DNA of 64,000 nucleotides from Aequorivita sp. (GTDB lineage: Bacteria; Bacteroidota; Bacteroidia; Flavobacteriales; Flavobacteriaceae). The first letter of the stretch is position 1. Each line of letters starts with the position of its first letter. The notes under the pieces are model-generated. The model was not told where the DNA came from, did no database searches, and saw only the letters and a program-made list of their open reading frames with translations. A program made the position numbers and the translations under genes. This document shows, in pieces, positions 57,648 to 64,000 of this stretch. The stretch lies in the NCBI GenBank assembly GCA_034675805.1, contig JAUCCX010000001.1, forward strand, positions 2,384,741 through 2,448,740, given 5' to 3'.

Positions 57648-58358
57648 ATGAAAACAAAAGCAAATAGTTTATCAGCAACAAGTTTCATTTCTGATATTAT
57701 TCAATCTGTAAAAAAAACACCTATAAAAAAGTTATTGCTTGTTTTCTTTTTGGCTTCAATCATTCTCTTTGCAATTGTAATGATTAATAGGATTTATCAA
57801 GTTCCCTTTTATAAGTTAACAAGTGATCCGAATGCCATCGCAGGTATTAATCCCTTATCTGGAGTGCTTTCGAACCTGGGTATTGTTTTATGGTGTGCTG
57901 CTACATCTAGTTGTGCATTAGCAGCTGCAATAGTTCGATCTAAAGGAGCAAAAAAGTTGTACTTCTTCTTACTTTATTCCTTTTTATTGTCGGCATTTTT
58001 AATGTTTGATGATTTATTTCAATTTCATGAAGACTTAAGTGGATTGATTGGATTGAATCAAAAAGTAATTTATGTTTTATTGGGTACAGCCGTTATTACT
58101 TATCTCATCTATTTTAGAAAAATCCTGCTTCAGACAAACATTATTCCTTTTTTGATAGGATTAATATTCCTCGGTCTTTCCATTTTTGCAGACACAGTTG
58201 TTTATAAAGTTTTTGGGAGCCAGCTTGGTGATTGGCTATACTTTATTGAGGATGGTGCAAAATGGATAGGTATCGTATTTTGGTGCTACTATTTTATTCA
58301 TACTTCGTTTCAATTTATTACGAAAAATACTGGAACCTCTAGTGCTACCGATTTGTGA
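57648..58358 (+). CDS. Hypothetical polytopic membrane protein
   Basis: It has about 6 TM helices. I recognise no family. It is embedded in the polysaccharide locus. Confidence 0.5.
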   Translation: MKTKANSLSATSFISDIIQSVKKTPIKKLLLVFFLASIILFAIVMINRIYQVPFYKLTSDPNAIAGINPLSGVLSNLGIVLWCAATSSCALAAAIVRSKGAKKLYFFLLYSFLLSAFLMFDDLFQFHEDLSGLIGLNQKVIYVLLGTAVITYLIYFRKILLQTNIIPFLIGLIFLGLSIFADTVVYKVFGSQLGDWLYFIEDGAKWIGIVFWCYYFIHTSFQFITKNTGTSSATDL

Positions 58359-58574
58359 GTTATCCCTTTTATCAATTGAATATTATATAATTTAAAAATG
58401 TTTATAATGATAGAGGAAGAATAAAATATTCATTGCAAATTCATAATATTCACCATCTTAATAATCATAATGGTCTTAGCTTATAAAAGCTATTAGACAG
58501 TTTTATATGAAACTAATTACTTGTTTAAATAAAATATTTGTTTTTTGAATCACTATTTAATTTATACTATATAA

Positions 58575-59939
58575 TTGAGAGAATTAATAGATAAAATACA
58601 ATCTAAATTAGGGATTCACAGTGCACGGACAAAAAACATTTCGAAGCATGTCCTACTTTCCATGATATATAGAGGTGGAAGTATTGTTGCCACTTTTTTA
58701 TTAGTGCCATTGACCATTAAGTTTTTAGATACAGAGAATTACGGTGTTTGGCTTACCATAAGTTCTTTTATAGCCTGGTTTTCTTTTTTTGATGTAGGTC
58801 TAGGAAACGGCCTTAGAAATAAATTCGCTGAAGCTAAGGCTAAAGGAGATTTAGAATTGGCAAAGGGTTTTGTCAGCACGGCCTATTATAGTTTAGGGCT
58901 TATTTGTTTGGGGTTATTCTGTGTTTCAGTATTGGGAAGTTTTTTTGTCGATTGGACGATTATTTTTAATGCTTCCGCCAGTTTGAAAGGTCAATTGCAA
59001 CTATTGATGCCGATAGTATTTGGATGCCTGAGTTTACAATTGACTGCAAAATTAATCGCTACTATTTATACCGCTGATCAGAAGCCTTCAATTGAAGGGA
59101 AGATTAGTTTTATCACTTCTATTAGTTCATTAATTTTAATATGGATACTTACGCAAACAGTTGGTAACTCCTTATTAATTTTCGGTTCATTGTTCTCGCT
59201 ATTGCCGGTATTAATACTACTGCTTTTTAATGTTTATGCATTTTCCAATAGATATAAAGATTATAAACCCAATATATCGTTATGGAAAAAGATATACTTC
59301 AATGAGATTTTTGGGTTAGGAGCAACGTTTTTTATTATTCAATGTTCCGTAATCATTTTATTTTCAACCGATAATTTTATTATTGCGCAGTTATTTAATC
59401 CAGAAGAAGTTGTTCCATATAACATAACTCAAAAATATTTTAGTATTTCATTGATGGTTTTCAATATGGTTTTGACGCCTTATTGGTCAGGCTTTACTGA
59501 TGCTTATACAAAGAAGGATTTCTTATGGATTAGGAGGTCAATGAAAAGTTTGAGCAAATTCTCATTTGGAAGTATGCTCTTAACGATCTTGATGGTACTG
59601 CTGTCGCCTTTTATTTATAAATTATGGATTGGTGATCTTGTTTCTATTCCTTTTAACTTGACCCTAAGTATGGCAGTATTCTTTATTATATGTATTTTTT
59701 ACTCACCTTATAATGCTTTTATTAATGGTCTAGGTAAAGTAAGGATGCAAATGTATACTTTAGTTGGAGCGGCGATTTTAAATATCCCCTTATCTATAAT
59801 TTTAGTTAAGTATACCCCATTGGGAGTAGAAGGGGTTATCATAGCTACTATTTTATGTATAATCCCACACGCAATTATTTGTCCGTTGCAGTATTCAAAA
59901 TTAATTAGTAATCGGGCTCATGGCATTTGGAATAAATAA
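58575..59939 (+). CDS. Polysaccharide/O-unit flippase (Wzx-like, MOP superfamily)
   Basis: It is 454 aa with about 12 TM helices, which fits the usual size and topology. It uses a TTG start. Confidence 0.65.
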   Translation: MRELIDKIQSKLGIHSARTKNISKHVLLSMIYRGGSIVATFLLVPLTIKFLDTENYGVWLTISSFIAWFSFFDVGLGNGLRNKFAEAKAKGDLELAKGFVSTAYYSLGLICLGLFCVSVLGSFFVDWTIIFNASASLKGQLQLLMPIVFGCLSLQLTAKLIATIYTADQKPSIEGKISFITSISSLILIWILTQTVGNSLLIFGSLFSLLPVLILLLFNVYAFSNRYKDYKPNISLWKKIYFNEIFGLGATFFIIQCSVIILFSTDNFIIAQLFNPEEVVPYNITQKYFSISLMVFNMVLTPYWSGFTDAYTKKDFLWIRRSMKSLSKFSFGSMLLTILMVLLSPFIYKLWIGDLVSIPFNLTLSMAVFFIICIFYSPYNAFINGLGKVRMQMYTLVGAAILNIPLSIILVKYTPLGVEGVIIATILCIIPHAIICPLQYSKLISNRAHGIWNK

Positions 59940-60054
59940 AATGCGCCAATTTAAATAACACTCTTAATATGGAATATTTGAACCTTAATCTTTATTTTCC
60001 TAATCAATATACTCTTTGATTAATAATTTGAGTTTAAATTATAAAACCGATAAG

Positions 60055-61164
60055 ATGAGAGTTTTACATTTGTTTAATGAAATAAATTTTTCGGGAGCAG
60101 AATTAATGTATAGAGATGCTGCAGACTATTTCCGGGAACAGGGGGTGGAAATGTATGCGTTAGGCACAGCCAAGAATTTCGGTAATTTCACTGATAATTT
60201 TAGGGAAAAGGGAATAAACACATTCCATAAACCATATAGGAGTAGGTTAGTTATTTCCAGACCAGGGCTTTCTTTCTATTGGTTTCTTTATAAATTCCTT
60301 AAGCAGAATAAAATAGATGTACTTCATATACACAGAGATGATATCTATTTTGCCGCTGTAATTGCATCTATATTAAAAGTGCGAAGTATAAAGACTCAAC
60401 ATAGTATCTTTTATAATAGAAAATTTACGCTTCCTATCTCAATAATGAGAAGGAGAATAGTAAGGGTTTTTTTTAAGACAGATTTTCATAGCATCGGCGA
60501 AAGTGTGCACAATCACGAATTGAAATATTATAAAAATCCGTCTACTAAAATTAACAATTGGTATAATTCAAAAAGGTTTTATGAGTGTACCGATTCAGAA
60601 AAAAGCGAGGTTAAAAAGAAGTTAAATATACCAAATGATGTATTTGTGATTATATCAGTGGGCGGATGCGCCGAAATTAAAAACCATCACGATATATTGA
60701 GGGCCATTGCAAATTTGAAAGAAAAACTAAATATTTTGTATTTACATTTAGGAAAAGGTAAAACAGAATGTGAAGAGAAACAATTGTCTGAAGATCTGGG
60801 TATTAATGGACTTGTAAGGTTTGAAGGGAATAAGGACAACGTGAGAGATTATTTAATAGCCTCCGATGTCTTCGTTATGCCCTCAAAATTTGAAGGGTTG
60901 GGTAATTCCTGTCTTGAAGCCATGGCATGTGGCATTCCAGTTATTTTATATAATGTAGTTGGCTTAAGAGACCTTATTTCGAACAATGATAATGGATTTT
61001 TAATTGAACCAAATCCACAGGAACTCGCAAATAAAATTGTTTTATATTCGGATAATCCACAATTAAGGAAAGAAAAAGGTTCTAGTGCATCAGTATTTGT
61101 TAATAAAAATCACAATATGATTACAAATGTCAATTCAATGTTGACATTTTATAAACAAGGCTGA
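60055..61164 (+). CDS. Glycosyltransferase family 4 (GT-B, 'group 1')
   Basis: It has ..VFVMPSKFEGLGNSCLEAMACGIPVI.. (EX7E motif). I chose the start at MRVLHLFNE. Confidence 0.8.
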   Translation: MRVLHLFNEINFSGAELMYRDAADYFREQGVEMYALGTAKNFGNFTDNFREKGINTFHKPYRSRLVISRPGLSFYWFLYKFLKQNKIDVLHIHRDDIYFAAVIASILKVRSIKTQHSIFYNRKFTLPISIMRRRIVRVFFKTDFHSIGESVHNHELKYYKNPSTKINNWYNSKRFYECTDSEKSEVKKKLNIPNDVFVIISVGGCAEIKNHHDILRAIANLKEKLNILYLHLGKGKTECEEKQLSEDLGINGLVRFEGNKDNVRDYLIASDVFVMPSKFEGLGNSCLEAMACGIPVILYNVVGLRDLISNNDNGFLIEPNPQELANKIVLYSDNPQLRKEKGSSASVFVNKNHNMITNVNSMLTFYKQG

Positions 61165-61316
61165 ATCTAATGGATTTTATTACTAGGATTTTTATAAGTT
61201 GATTGTGATAAAACTCATTGGAATATAATTAAACAGAGGAAATTTTATTAACCTTTAATGATTTCGTCTAAATGACCGAAATTATCAGAAGAATAGAAAA
61301 TCTAGCGAATGATTAG

Positions 61317-62540
61317 ATGTCAGAGGGCGTTAAAATGATGAATCTACCCAAGAAAAAAATAACAGTTTATCTATATACCTTCTTATTCGTTGCGATGAGC
61401 GGGAATCCTCTTTTTAGTATTTCCGACGATACTTCCAAGTATGTTTTTATTGCTTTTGTTCTAGTTCTCGTAGCAAAACATCACACCTATTTCAACCTTA
61501 ACAAGGGGATTGTTTATTATAGGTTTTTTGCCTTTTATGTACTTATATTTCTATTTCAGAAATTAGTTTTGGGTTTTGTGTCATTCCCTAGCACCATTGC
61601 TTTTATGGCAAGAATTACCTTAGGGTATATTATAATTCGATATGTGGGTCATAATTTCAAGTACGCCTTTTTTCAGATAATGTTCATAGTTAGCTTGATA
61701 AGTCTGTTTGGGTTTATGTGGAATTTCTTAGGGAAAAATATTCCATACATTTACTATACACCAGCAGCGGATATATACTCCGATAATTCCAGCAGGAATA
61801 TAATCTTTTACAACCAGCACGGATCAGGAGGAAGAAATTCTGGCATGTTTTGGGAGCCTGGCGCCTTCGCCTGTTATATTTGCCTAACCTTTCTATTTTA
61901 TCTAGGGCACATAAGAACCCTGTTAAAGCTGCATAAATGGAAAGTTATCATCATTCTCATTGCTTTAATTACAACTTTTAGCACCACTGGATATATTGTA
62001 CTTTTTATAATAGGGATAGCAACGATTTATATTGAATATAAAAAAAAATACGGAGCTTTTGTTTTGCCTATTTTGATAACCTTTGGGCTCATTGCATATA
62101 TTACTTACCAGAATACTGAGTTTATGAAGGATAAAATGGATCATCAAGTAGAGGCAGCTTCTCAAAGAGACCAGGGCGAATTTGCTCCAGACCGTATGAG
62201 TGCCTTTCTTTTTGATCTCCACTACATTGGAAAACACCCATTGGTGGGCAATGGTTTTCACACTACAACACGGTTTGCAGACCATCCTTCTCTTCAAAAA
62301 GAAAATTTGGGACATGGTAATGGCTTCAGTGATTTTCTGGCATCTATGGGAATTTTAAGTTTTTTGTTTTATCTGTTTTTTATTGTTCGATACAATAAAA
62401 ACTACCCTGTTATATTTGTTATTTGTATAATTGTTTTGCTTCAAGGAGAGCCCTTGTTGAATTATCCCCTATTTCTATGTTTACCCTTTGTCTTTATTTA
62501 TGATGAACACAATCGCCGTACTGTTAACTTGCCACAATAG
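61317..62540 (+). CDS. O-antigen polymerase/ligase-like (Wzy-like) polytopic membrane protein
   Basis: It has about 10 TM helices and a large loop (..DRMSAFLFDLHYIGKHPLVGNGFH..). It sits between two glycosyltransferase genes. Confidence 0.55.
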   Translation: MSEGVKMMNLPKKKITVYLYTFLFVAMSGNPLFSISDDTSKYVFIAFVLVLVAKHHTYFNLNKGIVYYRFFAFYVLIFLFQKLVLGFVSFPSTIAFMARITLGYIIIRYVGHNFKYAFFQIMFIVSLISLFGFMWNFLGKNIPYIYYTPAADIYSDNSSRNIIFYNQHGSGGRNSGMFWEPGAFACYICLTFLFYLGHIRTLLKLHKWKVIIILIALITTFSTTGYIVLFIIGIATIYIEYKKKYGAFVLPILITFGLIAYITYQNTEFMKDKMDHQVEAASQRDQGEFAPDRMSAFLFDLHYIGKHPLVGNGFHTTTRFADHPSLQKENLGHGNGFSDFLASMGILSFLFYLFFIVRYNKNYPVIFVICIIVLLQGEPLLNYPLFLCLPFVFIYDEHNRRTVNLPQ

Positions 62541-63360
62541 GAAAGAAAAAACTTTGCAGTGCCTTCAAACACTGTTTAAAGCCAATGTACCAAAAGACCT
62601 AGAAATGGAATTTTTTTTAGTTGATGATGGCTGCACGGATGGTACGGGCAAAGCCGTAAATGATATTTATCCAGAAATAAATATCATTTTGGGGAATGGT
62701 AATTTATTTTGGGCAGGTGGAATGCGGCTCGCTTTTAATGAAGCCAGGAAACATAAGGATTATGATGGATATTTACTTCTTAATGACGACGTGGAATTAA
62801 CTGAGGACTTTCTCTCGAAAATAATTGAAACCCAAGAATATTGCTTAAAAAAGCACAAAAAGGGAGGTTTGTATTCGGGCTCCACGAAAGAAAAGAGATA
62901 TGGCAACATTTCCTATGGAGGCAATTTACTAACAAAAGGGATTGATTATCCAACCTATAAATTAGTGCAACCTACAGATATTCCACAGCCGTGCCACCTT
63001 ACAAATGCAAACGTGCTCTATGTAGAAAAAAGAGTGATTGACGAAATTGGTTTTTTCGATACAAATTTCAGTCATGCCTTCGCAGATTATGATTTTTCAC
63101 TGCGGGCTTTTAAAGCTGGTTTTCCAGTATATATCACGCCCGGAATATGCGGCTATTGTAAAGATGATCACGGTAATAATTGGAGCAGTTCAAAAAAACT
63201 CAAAAACAGAATCGCATATCTGAAAAGTCCGACAGGTTTGGCCTACAAGGAATATCTGCATTATGGAAGAAATCATTTTCCAAAGCAGGTTCCGAAAATG
63301 TTTGTGAAACTGTGGGCAAAAACTCTGTTTCCTAGTTTGTGGAATTTTAAAAACAAATAA
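62500..63360 (+). CDS. Glycosyltransferase family 2
   Basis: It has ..IAVLLTCHNRKEKTLQCL.., ..FLVDDGCTDGT.. and ..LLLNDDVEL.. The start is ambiguous (TTG 62488, ATG 62500 or ATG 62503) and overlaps the preceding gene. Confidence 0.8.
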   Translation: MMNTIAVLLTCHNRKEKTLQCLQTLFKANVPKDLEMEFFLVDDGCTDGTGKAVNDIYPEINIILGNGNLFWAGGMRLAFNEARKHKDYDGYLLLNDDVELTEDFLSKIIETQEYCLKKHKKGGLYSGSTKEKRYGNISYGGNLLTKGIDYPTYKLVQPTDIPQPCHLTNANVLYVEKRVIDEIGFFDTNFSHAFADYDFSLRAFKAGFPVYITPGICGYCKDDHGNNWSSSKKLKNRIAYLKSPTGLAYKEYLHYGRNHFPKQVPKMFVKLWAKTLFPSLWNFKNK

Positions 63361-63367
63361 CCAGATT

Positions 63368-64000
63368 ATGAAACTTATAGTCAATGCAGATGATTTTGGT
63401 TTTTCGGAAGAGGTGGACGCGAATATTGTGAGATGCCACCAACAAGGTATTGTTACAAGCGCGACGATTCTATCAGGCGGGCAGAATTTTGAGCATGCTA
63501 TACAATTGGCAAAAGAAAACCCAAAACTTGGTATCGGGGTACATTTGGCTATTGACGGACCCAACAATATTGCAAAGAAGTATGCAAGTTTGCTCGACCC
63601 ACAAACTGGAGCTTTTTATGAAGATATAATCGCATTAAAAAAGATTAGGAATGGCGATTTTAATTTTGAAGAGTTAGTTTTGGAATATTCACTTCAGATT
63701 GAAAAGGTAAAAAATGAAGGAATAACTATCACACATTTGGATCATCACCATCATTTTCATCTTTATTTTCCAATTTTGAAAGCAGTAATTCAAGTGGCCA
63801 GAAAATATAAAATTCCCTATATACGACCACAGAAGATACTGTACGCGGCCAATAACCCATTTCCAAAAAAGATTTATAGACTTTATCATCAACTTTATTT
63901 ATCGAGCAGATATGGCACCGTGGATGGCTACGCCAGCCTTATTGGGTGTGATTCAGAGCAAATGCATATTAAGTTTCAAACTATTTTAAATTCAAATAAA
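63368..64000 (+). CDS. YdjC/ChbG-family carbohydrate deacetylase-like protein, 3' end off the window
   Basis: My own translation is MKLIVNADDFGFSEEVDANIVRCHQQGIVTSATILSGG...GVHLAI...ITHLDHHHHFHLY.. The frame is open to the window edge, so it is not in the track. Confidence 0.75.
   Translation, partial: MKLIVNADDFGFSEEVDANIVRCHQQGIVTSATILSGGQNFEHAIQLAKENPKLGIGVHLAIDGPNNIAKKYASLLDPQTGAFYEDIIALKKIRNGDFNFEELVLEYSLQIEKVKNEGITITHLDHHHHFHLYFPILKAVIQVARKYKIPYIRPQKILYAANNPFPKKIYRLYHQLYLSSRYGTVDGYASLIGCDSEQMHIKFQTILNSNK

Overview
The window is a Bacteroidota chromosome segment, probably Flavobacteriaceae. This is supported by gldK-gldL-gldM-gldN, TAnnTTTG-type -7 boxes and many lipobox or signal-peptide proteins. 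It divides into three parts. (1) 1-29.1 kb is conserved housekeeping. It holds a GT-C-like membrane protein, a TolB-like propeller, an M28/PDZ peptidase, groES-groEL, the minus-strand run miaB - lipoprotein - sigma-54 activator - lptE-like - TPR - secG, topA, an arginase-fold protein, the T9SS/gliding core gldKLMN, an FAD oxidoreductase, an ABC-F ATPase, an initiator tRNA-Met and a hutD-like gene. (2) 29.6-53.6 kb is an accessory island of 26 genes. I see no recognisable metabolic pathway and no mobile-element gene in it. Twenty-one products carry a signal peptide or lipobox, or are membrane proteins: beta-barrels, two POTRA-less Omp85-like barrels, three DUF4136-like lipoproteins, DUF1254/DUF1214, Sel1, DUF481, DUF502 and YqhA-like. 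The other five are two paralogous ~553-aa multidomain regulators (conserved N-terminal domain, TolB_N-like domain, TPR) and three paralogous ~80-aa cytoplasmic proteins. A 32-36 bp box containing the direct repeat AACCGT-N5-AACCGT occurs four times, each at the head of a transcription unit. In three copies it lies exactly 53 nt upstream of a small-protein gene. This is my candidate for an undescribed, self-regulated envelope-remodelling system. (3) 54.2-64.0 kb is an apparently Wzx/Wzy-type polysaccharide locus with GDP-fucose genes (gmd, fcl). All protein-family calls come from reading the translations by eye and from memory of family motifs. No searches were run. Coordinates of non-ORF features were hand-counted and could be off by 1-2 nt.
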